Shown here piece after piece: positions 44,985-54,268 of a stretch of DNA of 64,000 bases (the first letter of the stretch is position 1; every line of letters starts with the position of its first letter). A model generated the notes under the pieces. The model made no database searches. It saw only the letters and a list, made by a program, of their open reading frames with translations, and was not told the DNA's origin. The stretch spans positions 93,100 through 157,099 of the forward strand of contig CAZHYZ010000001.1 of assembly GCA_964537195.1 (NCBI GenBank). The letters are read 5' to 3'. Made by a program: the position numbers and the translations under genes. The DNA is from an uncultured Methanosarcinales archaeon (GTDB lineage Archaea > Nanobdellota > Nanobdellia > Woesearchaeales > GW2011-AR15).

Positions 44985-45554
44985 TTAGTGTTGATCACCT
45001 TTGAATATTTTTCCCATACCTTCAAAAAAGTCTTTGAAGCCTTCACTTTCTTGATCTGGTTCTGAAGTTATGAACCACACAATTATTCCAAACACCAATA
45101 TTGCGACCAATAAAGATCTGGTTTGGTCATCTGCTAAAAATCCAATTTGATCTACTACTCCCGCAGATGCTAAGAAAGTATATGCAACAGCAATAATCGC
45201 AAATATCACAACAATACCTGCTAAAGGAGTACCTGCAACATTTACATTACTACCAAACACACCAATTAATAATAAGACCATCATAGATGCTATCATCAAT
45301 AATGAGACATTTGGCAGTGCCTTATTAATAATGTCTACTGCACTCGTTGCTTCCGGATTAGTAACATGAGGTATTATAACTACTAGCGCCAATACTAAAG
45401 CCAATATAACATTAAATTTGTGAGATTTCTCCCCAAGTATCTTTGATTTCTGTAAGACTGCAAATGCTATTGTGAATATCAATAAGAAAGGCAGTAACAC
45501 TTCTGTGATTCCCATTTGATCAAGTTGAATTATGTATGTTTCTAAAAGCGACAT
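44985..45554 (-). CDS. Multi-TM membrane protein (tandem paralogue 2)
   Basis: VLLPFLLIFTIAFAVLQKSKILG shared with the neighbour. Confidence 0.75.
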   Translation of the reverse strand: MSLLETYIIQLDQMGITEVLLPFLLIFTIAFAVLQKSKILGEKSHKFNVILALVLALVVIIPHVTNPEATSAVDIINKALPNVSLLMIASMMVLLLIGVFGSNVNVAGTPLAGIVVIFAIIAVAYTFLASAGVVDQIGFLADDQTRSLLVAILVFGIIVWFITSEPDQESEGFKDFFEGMGKIFKGDQH

Positions 45555-45557
45555 TTT

Positions 45558-46133
45558 TTATTCCTCCTTTTCGCTGCTGGCTTTTGGATTGCTTGTGATC
45601 CACATCATCATAACAACAAGCAATATTGTTAACACAAGTGCGCCAAACGCAGCATTGTCAATATTATTAACTATAAAACCCCATGCGAAATATAACCAGG
45701 GGGTACCATCATTTGTCTTTAAAGCATGTAAAAATATTACTAATATACCTATAAACATTATCCACATAAAAATGTTTTTGAATGGTTTTCCTAAGGAAAA
45801 TTCTTCTTTTCCGGTGTGGAATACTCCAGCAAGTAATAAAAACATTACTCCTAGTAACAGGAGTATGGTCATGTTAGCAACAGCCTCATTTACTGCAGCA
45901 ACTAATCTTGAACTTGCCACAACCAAAAAAGCAGTGACAAAAGCAAACATACTATTCAAGTTTTTCTTTGAAACCTCTTCTCCTGCAAATGTCTCGGTTC
46001 CAAACACTTTTGTTTTTTCTAGAATTGCATATACTAAGGTGAATATTAAGAGAAAAGGTAGTAAAACTTCATAAACACCCAATCTATCAAGAAACTGGAT
46101 ACCCGTAGCAAAAGGAGATGTATAATCTGCCAT
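45558..46133 (-). CDS. Multi-TM membrane protein (tandem paralogue 1)
   Basis: VLLPFLLIFTLVYAILEKTKVFG...KNLNSMFAF. Confidence 0.75.
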   Translation of the reverse strand: MADYTSPFATGIQFLDRLGVYEVLLPFLLIFTLVYAILEKTKVFGTETFAGEEVSKKNLNSMFAFVTAFLVVASSRLVAAVNEAVANMTILLLLGVMFLLLAGVFHTGKEEFSLGKPFKNIFMWIMFIGILVIFLHALKTNDGTPWLYFAWGFIVNNIDNAAFGALVLTILLVVMMMWITSNPKASSEKEE

Positions 46134-46248
46134 ATTAGTATAGGTTTAGATGTTTGTAGCTATATAAATGTTTTGTTTCTCAGTCTATTTTTGAAGTCCA
46201 CAAAACAGGAATAAATTTTATAAATGACCCACTTTTACTTTTACATAA

Positions 46249-46824
46249 ATGATTGACAAAAAGATTTTTCCACAACTAAAAAAAGAGATAGAAGATCATG
46301 ATAATATCCGAGAAGAATTAATAGTAGAATCAAGACCTATATTACAGGAATCAAAGAAAGCAATTTATTCTATTCATAGAGGTAATCTAAAAAAAGCTAG
46401 ACAGATAATAAGAAAAGCAAAAAAACAACTTAAAAAATTAAACAAAAAAGCAAAAAACCCTAGCACGTTTACAGGAGCATATGACAATGCTTTACAAGAA
46501 TATGTTGAAGCAGTTACATATTATTGTTTTGTGAAAGAAAACAGATTAATGGGAAACAAAGAACTTGGTGTTGATGCTGAGAATTATCTTTTGGGCATTT
46601 GTGACTTAACTGGTGAGTTGGGCAGAAGAGCAGTTTTCTCTGTTGTAAATGAAGACTATGATAAAATACCTAAGATAAAAGAATTTGTGGAACAGATTTA
46701 TTACGAATTTTCACAGTTTGATTTTAAGAATGGACTTCTAAGAAAAAAAGCAGATTCAATCAAATATAACTTAAAGAAAATTGAAGAGATAATGTATGAT
46801 CTTAAGGTAAGGGATAAGATATGA
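46249..46824 (+). CDS. Translin/TRAX-family protein
   Basis: REELIVESR, SKKAIYSIHRG, ALQEYVEA, YLLGICDLTGELGR, LRKKADS. Confidence 0.88.
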   Translation: MIDKKIFPQLKKEIEDHDNIREELIVESRPILQESKKAIYSIHRGNLKKARQIIRKAKKQLKKLNKKAKNPSTFTGAYDNALQEYVEAVTYYCFVKENRLMGNKELGVDAENYLLGICDLTGELGRRAVFSVVNEDYDKIPKIKEFVEQIYYEFSQFDFKNGLLRKKADSIKYNLKKIEEIMYDLKVRDKI

Positions 46825-47315
46825 TGAAGTTTAAGCAAGTATTTGAAAAATTACAAAAAAGCAAAGAGTTTAAAGATTGGAAAAAAGATCATGAGAAATC
46901 ATATGTTAGTTATGGTTTTCTAATGAAAGATTCCAAAGTAAAAAAAGAATGGCAGATTGGTTATTATAATCCAACTAAAGACACAATAACTACTTTCTCA
47001 ATTAGTTCTAAGATTACAATGAATCCTGAATCTCAGATATTTAAAGATAAAAAGAAAGTAAAAAAATTAGATATTGCAAAAGTCCATTTTGATATGGACA
47101 AAGCATTAAAAAAATCAAAGAAGCTTCAAGAAGAAAAATATCCACAGCATATGCCATCAAAAGAAATTGTTATATTGCAGAATTTAGATTTTGGACAGGT
47201 CTGGAACATCACTTATGTTACACAAACATTCAAAACTCTTAATATAAAAATAGATGCTTCTTCAGGCCAGATTTTGAAATATGAGTTAATGGATTTGTTC
47301 CGTGTTCAAACCTAG
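46821..47315 (+). CDS. Conserved hypothetical protein (PepSY-like C-terminus)
   Basis: WQIGYYNP; VWNITYVT...NIKIDASSGQIL. Confidence 0.6.
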   Translation: MMKFKQVFEKLQKSKEFKDWKKDHEKSYVSYGFLMKDSKVKKEWQIGYYNPTKDTITTFSISSKITMNPESQIFKDKKKVKKLDIAKVHFDMDKALKKSKKLQEEKYPQHMPSKEIVILQNLDFGQVWNITYVTQTFKTLNIKIDASSGQILKYELMDLFRVQT

Positions 47316-47443
47316 ACCTGATTTAAAAAGTTTATTTTTCTCAAACATATATATTTGAATTTAATAGTTTTTATAAACAGTAAAAATAATCTTAGAATCG
47401 GACCAAATTGTTTTTGTATTGGCAATAATATTGGCTATAAAAA

Positions 47444-47872
47444 ATGGTAGAAATAAGACTAGTAAAATTACATGAAGACATGACAACTCCCCACTATTCT
47501 CATGAGGGCGATGCAGGTATTGATTTAAGATCTGCAGAAGAGTTTGTCTTAAAATCTGGCGAATCAAAAGTTGTTAAAACAGGAATCAAGATGGCCATTC
47601 CAAAAGGCTATGTCGGTCTAATTTGGGACAAGAGCGGATATGCTGCCAAAAGCAGTATTCATGTTTTAGCTGGTGTCATTGATTCAACATATCGCGGAGA
47701 AATTGGAGTTGTTTTAAAGAATCTTGGAAAAGAAGATTTTGAAATAAAGAAAGATATGAAGATTTCTCAAATACTAATTCAACCAGTTGTTACTGCTAAT
47801 TTAATTGAAACAGATTCATTACAAGATACAAAGAGAGGATCCGGAGGATTCGGAAGTACCGGGACACATTAA
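47444..47872 (+). CDS. dut: dUTP diphosphatase
   Basis: DAGIDL, KSG, GVIDSTYRGEI, ISQ, RGSGGFGSTG (five trimeric dUTPase motifs). Confidence 0.95.
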   Translation: MVEIRLVKLHEDMTTPHYSHEGDAGIDLRSAEEFVLKSGESKVVKTGIKMAIPKGYVGLIWDKSGYAAKSSIHVLAGVIDSTYRGEIGVVLKNLGKEDFEIKKDMKISQILIQPVVTANLIETDSLQDTKRGSGGFGSTGTH

Positions 47873-47881
47873 GGTGATAAT

Positions 47882-47989
47882 ATGATTAAGAAAAACGAAC
47901 CAACAAATAACAAAACAACAGTAAGCTATAAAGAAATGATTAAAAGCAAAAAATTAGATTCTTTCTTTGATGAAGAAGAGTCAGAATAA
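47882..47989 (+). CDS. 35-aa microprotein with PIP-box-like motif (not in ORF track)
   Basis: SD-like AGGTGA 4 nt before the ATG; MIKKNEPTNNKTTVSYKEMIKSKKLDSFFDEEESE*. Confidence 0.45.
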   Translation: MIKKNEPTNNKTTVSYKEMIKSKKLDSFFDEEESE

Positions 47990-48020
47990 TTTTTTAAATT
48001 AATTATAGTTATCTCTTTCT

Positions 48021-48233
48021 ATGATAATATCAATGGACAAAATTGAAACAGACATCCCTGTTTATTCAAAAGCAAGGAATAAATTTGAAAAATGTGATTA
48101 TAGAGAATCAGAAACATGTAAATTATTCTTTTACACGTTTGATAATGCTTCAGATATTCTTCATCACTGTGGTTCATGCAAAGTAAATACAAAAGAACCA
48201 TCTACAGTTCGTGATGATGTAAGAAGTTGTTAA
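48021..48233 (+). CDS. Small Cys-containing hypothetical protein
   Basis: ORF with C...C...CxxC; overlaps the tmk 3' end. Confidence 0.35.
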   Translation: MIISMDKIETDIPVYSKARNKFEKCDYRESETCKLFFYTFDNASDILHHCGSCKVNTKEPSTVRDDVRSC

Positions 48234-48846
48234 CAGCTTTCTGAACTTTTTGATAGACTTCTTCAATAGAGCCAGAACCATCTATTGTTTTCCATTTTTC
48301 TTTTAATTCTGGTCTCTTAGAAAGTTCTAAATAAGTTTCTCTGGCTTTTTGAAAGAATTCAATGCTTTCTTTTTCGTGTTTGTCTCCTTCTTCATCAAGG
48401 TTTCTTCCCAGAGAAATCTCTGGGTGTAAATCAATAAAAATAACCAAGTCTGGGGTTAATCCAGATAAAGCAGTTTTATTTATTTCATATATCGTTTCAA
48501 TACCTAACTTTTTACTACCTCCTTGATAACTGCAGCTGGATAAATAAGATCTGTCAGAAATTACTATTGAGCCTTTCTCCAAAGCAGGCATTACAACCTT
48601 TCTTAGAGATTGGGCTCTGGCTGCAGCATACAAATATGCCTCACACACAGGTTCCATTGTTTCTCTGAAAGCTTTCCCCTGTACTAATTCACGTATGTCA
48701 TCAGCTATTTCTGTTCCTCCCGGTTCATATGTTAGTATAATTTTTTTATCAGGATATTTCTTCTTTAGAAATTCTTTTAATCTTCTGGCATGAGTAGATT
48801 TTCCAGTTCTTATAATTCCTTCAAACACAATATATAAGCTTGTCAT
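48202..48846 (-). CDS. tmk: Thymidylate kinase
   Basis: FEGIIRTGKST P-loop, EPGGT, YLYAAARAQ, VISDRSYLSS, PDLVIFID. Confidence 0.93.
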   Translation of the reverse strand: MTSLYIVFEGIIRTGKSTHARRLKEFLKKKYPDKKIILTYEPGGTEIADDIRELVQGKAFRETMEPVCEAYLYAAARAQSLRKVVMPALEKGSIVISDRSYLSSCSYQGGSKKLGIETIYEINKTALSGLTPDLVIFIDLHPEISLGRNLDEEGDKHEKESIEFFQKARETYLELSKRPELKEKWKTIDGSGSIEEVYQKVQKAVNNFLHHHEL

Positions 48847-48924
48847 GTTCTGCTGTAATTATACACAGTTTAAAAAAATTATTATAAAAATCTATATAAA
48901 TGAATTATTACTCTGGATTTCTAT

Positions 48925-48996
48925 GGCGGCCGTGGCGTAATGGTAGCGTAGAAGCCTGTGGAGCTTCAGGAGTGGGTTCGATTCCCGCCGGCCGCC
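48925..48996 (+). tRNA. tRNA-His(GTG), intronless, genomically encoded G-1
   Basis: G + GCGGCCG/CGGCCGC + C; GAAGC-CT-GTG-GA-GCTTC; GTGGG-TTCGATT-CCCGC. Confidence 0.95.
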
Positions 48997-49272
48997 CTCA
49001 AGCTTTTTAGAAAATTTTTGTGAAAAAATTTCACAAACCCTGCCAAATCAAAAAGTTTACATTTTTGAAACGAAATCTCAAAGAATTTTCGGAATCTTTG
49101 ATTTGCGCTGGTTTGAGCAAAATCTGTGCGATATTAAGCTAACGCTTAAATCCCACTTTCTAAGTGTTTTCCGAGGGGAGAAACGAAAAGTTTTATAAAG
49201 GACCTATATTTCCAACAATCTATCCCGAGTTAACGCGATTTGAGGGTAAGTTAATTCTCGGGGCAATATAAA

Positions 49273-49752
49273 ATGGCTGAAGATCAAAAATTAAAACACA
49301 TTATACGTGTAGGAAACACAGACCTTACAGGAAAGAAAGCAATAGCTACAGCATTAACAAAAATTAAAGGAATTGGAGATATATATGCCAACATGGTCTG
49401 TAGACTTGCTGAAGTTGATACACATAAGAGAGCAGGACACCTTACACCTTCTGAAGTTGACAGATTAAATGACCTAATACAGAATCCAGATAAATATAAT
49501 GTTCCAGATTGGATGATGAACAGAAGAAAGGACTATGAAACAGGCAAAGACAAACACGTTATTACTGCAGGCTTACAATTTATTCAAGAACAAGATGTTA
49601 GAAGATTAAAGAAAATTAAATCTTATAGAGGATTTAGACATGCAGCAGGACTTCCAGTAAGAGGTCAAAGAACAAAAGGTAATTTTAGAAGGAACAAAGG
49701 AAAAGCAATAGGAGTTAAAAGAAAGAAAGGAAGTAAATCAGGACGTGTATAA
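49273..49752 (+). CDS. rps13: 30S ribosomal protein S13 (uS13)
   Basis: ALTKIKGIG, NRRKDYETG, SYRGFRHAAGLPVRGQRT. Confidence 0.97.
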   Translation: MAEDQKLKHIIRVGNTDLTGKKAIATALTKIKGIGDIYANMVCRLAEVDTHKRAGHLTPSEVDRLNDLIQNPDKYNVPDWMMNRRKDYETGKDKHVITAGLQFIQEQDVRRLKKIKSYRGFRHAAGLPVRGQRTKGNFRRNKGKAIGVKRKKGSKSGRV

Positions 49753-49757
49753 ATAAA

Positions 49758-50465
49758 ATGGGAGATCCAAAATTACTAAGAAAGAAGTATTCAACGCCAA
49801 CACACCCTTGGCAAAAAGCACGAATTGAAGAAGAAAGGGGACTTACTAGAGAATATGGCTTTAAAAATAAGAAGGAATTATGGAAACTAAATTCTAAATT
49901 AAGGGCTTTTAAGTCGCAAGTTAAAGATATAGTTCCTAAGACTGATGAAATTGCACACGAACAAAAGCAGATGTTGTTGAAGAAATTACAGGGTCTTGGT
50001 TTAATTGATGAAAAAGCAATTTTAGAAGATATTTTGGCCTTGACATTAAAAGATTTGTGTGAAAGAAGACTACAGACAATTGTATTCAAAAAAGGCTTAG
50101 CTAGATCAATAAAACAGGCCAGACAATTGATTGTGCATGAGCATGTTGTTGTTGGAGAGAGAAAGATTACTTCACCATCATATATTCTAGATATAGCAGA
50201 AGAATCATTAGTTAATATTTCCAAAGATTCACCAATGATTTCTGAGGACCACCCAGAAAGAGTTCCTTTGGGCCTGGAAATAAAAAAGGAGATGGAAGAA
50301 ATAGGTTTAAAGAAGAAAGAACCAGAAGAGAAGAAAAAGGAAGAATTAAAAAAAGAACCAAAGGAAAAAGAAGAGATAGAAGAAAGACAAGAACCACAAG
50401 AAGAAGAGAAGAAAGAAGACCCTGAAGAAAAAGATTCAAATAAAGATGAGGAGACAGAAGAATGA
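49758..50465 (+). CDS. rps4: 30S ribosomal protein S4 (uS4) with long Glu/Lys-rich C-terminal tail
   Basis: [35 protein letters not shown]. Confidence 0.96.
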   Translation: MGDPKLLRKKYSTPTHPWQKARIEEERGLTREYGFKNKKELWKLNSKLRAFKSQVKDIVPKTDEIAHEQKQMLLKKLQGLGLIDEKAILEDILALTLKDLCERRLQTIVFKKGLARSIKQARQLIVHEHVVVGERKITSPSYILDIAEESLVNISKDSPMISEDHPERVPLGLEIKKEMEEIGLKKKEPEEKKKEELKKEPKEKEEIEERQEPQEEEKKEDPEEKDSNKDEETEE

Positions 50466-50866
50466 AGAATACAAGAAAAGGAATAAGGTGGGGGATTTGT
50501 CATATTTACTCTTCATATAATAATACTATCATTCATATTACAGATATTACAGGCAGTGAGACAATTGCATTGTCTTCAGGTGGACAGATAGTAAAAGCAG
50601 ACAGATTAGAAAGTTCACCAACAGCAGCTATGGCTGCATCCAAAAAAGTTGCTGAGATAGCACTTGAGAAAGGAATTAATGGGATACATGTTAAGATTAA
50701 AGCTCCTGGAGGACATAATGGTCCAAGTAATCCGGGGCCTGGGGCACAAGCCGCTATAAGGGCCCTATCAAGAATGGGATTAAAGATTGGTATGATTGAA
50801 GATGTCACACCTGTTCCCCATGATGGTTGTAGAAAAAAAGGCGGAAGACGTGGAAGGAGGGTGTGA
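50462..50866 (+). CDS. rps11: 30S ribosomal protein S11 (uS11)
   Basis: [37 protein letters not shown]. Confidence 0.97.
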   Translation: MKNTRKGIRWGICHIYSSYNNTIIHITDITGSETIALSSGGQIVKADRLESSPTAAMAASKKVAEIALEKGINGIHVKIKAPGGHNGPSNPGPGAQAAIRALSRMGLKIGMIEDVTPVPHDGCRKKGGRRGRRV

Positions 50867-50868
50867 AA

Positions 50869-51639
50869 ATGGTTGATTTTGAAGTTAAATCTCAGGAAGG
50901 AAACAAATTAAGCTTTTTTCTTATAGATAGCTCACCGGCATATAGCAATGCTCTGAGAAGAATAATGCTTAATGAAGTTCCAGTAATGGCAATTGAGGAT
51001 GTTGAGATTGTTAAGAACAGTTCTGCTTTATATGATGAGGTCATTGCACACAGATTAGGTTTACTACCACTTACAACAGATCTTAAATCTTATGAACTTC
51101 CCCAATCAGAGAAAGATATTGAAGAAAGAAAAGCAAAGTGTACTGTTCAAATGACTTTGAAAGCAAAAGGACCAAAAACAGTTTATGCTTCAGATTTAAA
51201 GACTGCAGATCCTAAAATAAAACCAGTTTATCCAGAAATGCCTATTGTCAAATTGCTTAAGGATCAAGAAATTGAGCTTTCTGCAATCGGAATACTTGGA
51301 AAAGGAAAGGACCACGCAAAATGGTCTCCTGGCCATGTTTGGTATAATTATAATCCAATTTTCAAAATAAATAATGCTAATATTGATAAATTTAAGGATA
51401 TGTATCCGGAACAAATTTTTGATAAGAAAGGAAAAATAGATGAAAAACTTATCCTAAAACATAATCTTACTGATGCTGTTGCTCATGTTAATGAGGAAAT
51501 CATCAAAGTAGATTATGATGATTCAACATATTTATTTTTTGTAGAAAGTTGGGGACAAATATCCCCAAAAGAGATTCTGACACAAGCCTGTGATGTTTTT
51601 GATGAAAGGCTTGAAGAAGTCAGAAAACTAATACCTTAA
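50869..51639 (+). CDS. rpoD: DNA-directed RNA polymerase subunit D (Rpo3)
   Basis: NALRRIMLNEVP, NSSALYDEVIAHRLGLLP, GKGKDHAKWSP. Confidence 0.95.
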   Translation: MVDFEVKSQEGNKLSFFLIDSSPAYSNALRRIMLNEVPVMAIEDVEIVKNSSALYDEVIAHRLGLLPLTTDLKSYELPQSEKDIEERKAKCTVQMTLKAKGPKTVYASDLKTADPKIKPVYPEMPIVKLLKDQEIELSAIGILGKGKDHAKWSPGHVWYNYNPIFKINNANIDKFKDMYPEQIFDKKGKIDEKLILKHNLTDAVAHVNEEIIKVDYDDSTYLFFVESWGQISPKEILTQACDVFDERLEEVRKLIP

Positions 51640-51663
51640 ACAACCGCGTTAAGCTAACTTTAC

Positions 51664-51828
51664 GCGGGGGTGGCAGAGCCTGGTCAAATATTTAGAATAG
51701 ACCAAATGCGCAAGGTTGAGGTAACATAAATGTTTCAAACGCCTTGTCCCATAGAGGGTGCGCGTGTTCAAATATTGGCGCTTGTCGCTAATGCTTCGAA
51801 CGCCAGTGAGAAAGTCACGTCCCCCGCA
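51664..51828 (+). tRNA. tRNA-Leu(GAG) with three introns (51688-51705, 51722-51740, 51773-51814)
   Basis: Acceptor GCGGGGG/CCCCCGC+A. BHB motifs in the D loop (GGTC/GACC), at the canonical 37/38 site (TTGA/TCAA) and in the T loop. Sits at the usual archaeal tRNA-Leu position between rpoD and rpl18e. Confidence 0.88.
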
Positions 51829-51841
51829 TATACTCACAAAA

Positions 51842-52189
51842 ATGAAAAATCAAAACTTGCAAAAACTAATAACTGAATTAAAGAAGACTTCCATAGAACA
51901 AAAAGTAAACTTATGGAAGCGTATTGCTTTAGAATTAGAAGGACCTACAAGCAAAAAACGTGTTGTTAATCTCAGCAAGATAAATAAATACTCAAACAAA
52001 GATGAAGTTGTGATTGTTCCAGGTAAAGTTTTATCAATGGGTGAGCTTGATAAGAAGATTACAATTGCTGCCCATAAATTTTCACAGACAGCATTTGAAA
52101 AAATCAACTCCTCAGGATCAAAAGCACTTACCATTGAAGAACTTTTAAAAGAAAATCCGAAAGGAGCAAAAGTGAGGATAATAGGCTAA
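51842..52189 (+). CDS. rpl18e: 50S ribosomal protein L18e
   Basis: MKNQNLQKLITELKK, VNLSKINKY, VPGKVLSMG; the ORF-track N-terminal extension is tRNA sequence. Confidence 0.95.
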   Translation: MKNQNLQKLITELKKTSIEQKVNLWKRIALELEGPTSKKRVVNLSKINKYSNKDEVVIVPGKVLSMGELDKKITIAAHKFSQTAFEKINSSGSKALTIEELLKENPKGAKVRIIG

Positions 52190-52190
52190 A

Positions 52191-52610
52191 ATGATAATTA
52201 TTGATGCAACAGATAAGATAGCTGGAAGAATTGGTACTTTTGCAGCTAAGAAAGCATTAATGGGAGAGCAAGTCAGAATTATCAATAGTGAGAGAGCAGT
52301 TATAACAGGAAAAAAGAGTCAGGTATTCGATGAATTCTTGAGAAAAAGACAAAGAGGCACACCAAAAGGTCCACACTATCCAAAGAGACCAGATAGAATT
52401 TTGAGGAGAATAATAAGAGGGATGGTTCCTTTTAAAAAGTCAAGAGGAAAAGACGCATATAGGAGGATTCATTGTTATGTTGGTGTTCCTCAAGAATTTG
52501 AAAACAAAAAAACAGCTGATATTAAAGGATCAGATATATCTAAATTGCAAAGGAGAAGATATGTTTATTTGGAAACAATTTCAAAAAGACTAGGTGCTAA
52601 ATTTGAGTAA
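52191..52610 (+). CDS. rpl13: 50S ribosomal protein L13 (uL13)
   Basis: IIDATDKIAGRI, GPHYPKRPDRILRRIIRGMVP. Confidence 0.95.
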   Translation: MIIIDATDKIAGRIGTFAAKKALMGEQVRIINSERAVITGKKSQVFDEFLRKRQRGTPKGPHYPKRPDRILRRIIRGMVPFKKSRGKDAYRRIHCYVGVPQEFENKKTADIKGSDISKLQRRRYVYLETISKRLGAKFE

Positions 52611-53004
52611 GAAAACAATTGTAACATCAGGAAAGAGAAAAACTGCCGTTGCCAGAGCAACATTGAATAAAGGAGATGGTCGAATTAAGATAAATAATGT
52701 TCCTCTTAATCTTTATGAGCCAAAGATGTATAGATTAAGAATTAAAGAACCACTTATATTGGCAAAAGACATTACTAGTGAAGTTGACATTAGTGTTGCT
52801 GTCAATGGTGGTGGAGTTATGAGTCAAGCAGATGCTGCCAGACTAGCTATTGCTCGTGCTCTGTCAGAATATAAACCAAGTCTTAAATCTGTATTTCTAG
52901 ATTATGACAGACAATTACTTGTAGCAGATGTAAGAAGGAAAGAAACTCATAAACCAAACAGACATGGTAGTGCTAGAAGTAAAAAGCAAAAATCATACAG
53001 ATAA
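52603..53004 (+). CDS. rps9: 30S ribosomal protein S9 (uS9)
   Basis: SGKRKTAVARA, GGGVMSQADAAR, YDRQLLVADVRR, QKSYR; probable TTG start at 52603. Confidence 0.95.
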   Translation: MSKKTIVTSGKRKTAVARATLNKGDGRIKINNVPLNLYEPKMYRLRIKEPLILAKDITSEVDISVAVNGGGVMSQADAARLAIARALSEYKPSLKSVFLDYDRQLLVADVRRKETHKPNRHGSARSKKQKSYR

Positions 53005-53009
53005 AAATT

Positions 53010-54179
53010 CTATTTTTTTTCTAAATCTTCTTTTATCATTAATATTAGTGCAATAAATATTACAATAGCTGATGCAATCCCAAGACTCCCAGGATAAAAG
53101 AATGCAATCATTGAGTTACCGATTAAAGGACCAATTATTTGAGACATACTTCTCAAAGAAGTTCTTACACCATTTATAGAACCTTGTTCTTTCTCACTAA
53201 CTTGTCTGGATATTTCTCCAGATATTAAGGGCATTGCTAATCCTGAGCCAACAGCAAACAAGGTCATTGCCACAATAAATAGCCAAATTTGATTCAGGAA
53301 GCTTAAAAGGACCATACCTATGAACACAGAAGAAAGTCCAACATATCTTAATTTTAGTTCTCCAAATAAGTCGATTAATTTACCTAGTAAAAATCCCCTC
53401 ATTATTATACTTAAGAAGCCAACATAAGTAAGTAAGAAACCAACATTATCTGATTGAAAGCCAAGTTGTCTCTGTGCAAAATATGCAAACCCAGTAACAT
53501 AAATTGAATGCGTTAAGGAATATGCAAAATATTGATAGAGTTTAGGAGATATTTTCTTATTTGTAAGATATTTCTTAAAATCTTTTAGATGGAATGCCTT
53601 TCTAAAATTAAATTTTAGATTTTTCTTTCTCTTTATTGTTTCCTTTAATAAGAACTGGGTCAATATAATGGTTAAGAATGAAAATCCTGCAGCTATAAAT
53701 GAAGGAATACTATAATCTATCTTTGCTAATGTTCCGCCTATGGCCGGTCCAATAAGAAAACCAATACCAAAAGCAACACCAACAAAACCAAATGCTTTAC
53801 TTCTGTTTTTCTTAGTTGATATGTCACTAATGTAAGCAGTGGCAATTGTCATATTACTTCCCAGCATACCATCTACTATTCTGGATAAAAAAACCATCCA
53901 AATCGTATTTGAAAACCCTAATATTATAAAACTAATAAATGTTGAGAGTTGTGAGAAAATCAGTAAAGGTTTACGACCATAGTGATCACTCAATCTTCCC
54001 ATTATTGGAGCGGAAATAAATTGTAATAATGAAAACGTTCCTAATATCAAACCATAAGTTAAGGGTGAGGCTCCAAGATCATCTACAAAGTAAGGTAAGA
54101 AAGGTAATATTAAAGAGAATCCAAGAATCTCTGTGACCATTATTAAGAATATGACAACATATTCTTTAGTTATCCTCAT
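53010..54179 (-). CDS. MFS transporter (TetA/DHA1-like)
   Basis: GRLSDHYGRKP motif A, GFLIGPAIGG motif C, about 12 TM segments. Confidence 0.9.
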   Translation of the reverse strand: MRITKEYVVIFLIMVTEILGFSLILPFLPYFVDDLGASPLTYGLILGTFSLLQFISAPIMGRLSDHYGRKPLLIFSQLSTFISFIILGFSNTIWMVFLSRIVDGMLGSNMTIATAYISDISTKKNRSKAFGFVGVAFGIGFLIGPAIGGTLAKIDYSIPSFIAAGFSFLTIILTQFLLKETIKRKKNLKFNFRKAFHLKDFKKYLTNKKISPKLYQYFAYSLTHSIYVTGFAYFAQRQLGFQSDNVGFLLTYVGFLSIIMRGFLLGKLIDLFGELKLRYVGLSSVFIGMVLLSFLNQIWLFIVAMTLFAVGSGLAMPLISGEISRQVSEKEQGSINGVRTSLRSMSQIIGPLIGNSMIAFFYPGSLGIASAIVIFIALILMIKEDLEKK

Positions 54180-54268
54180 CTATTGAAAGATTTTTAGGGT
54201 CTTTATATCCTTTTTCCTTGAGAAAGTTTTTTATATAAGATAAGGAAATTGTTTGAAAGAGGGTAGTG

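Noticed and set aside
51758..51841. N-terminal extension of L18e
   Set aside because: The sequence belongs to tRNA-Leu(GAG) and its third intron; the real start is the ATG at 51842.
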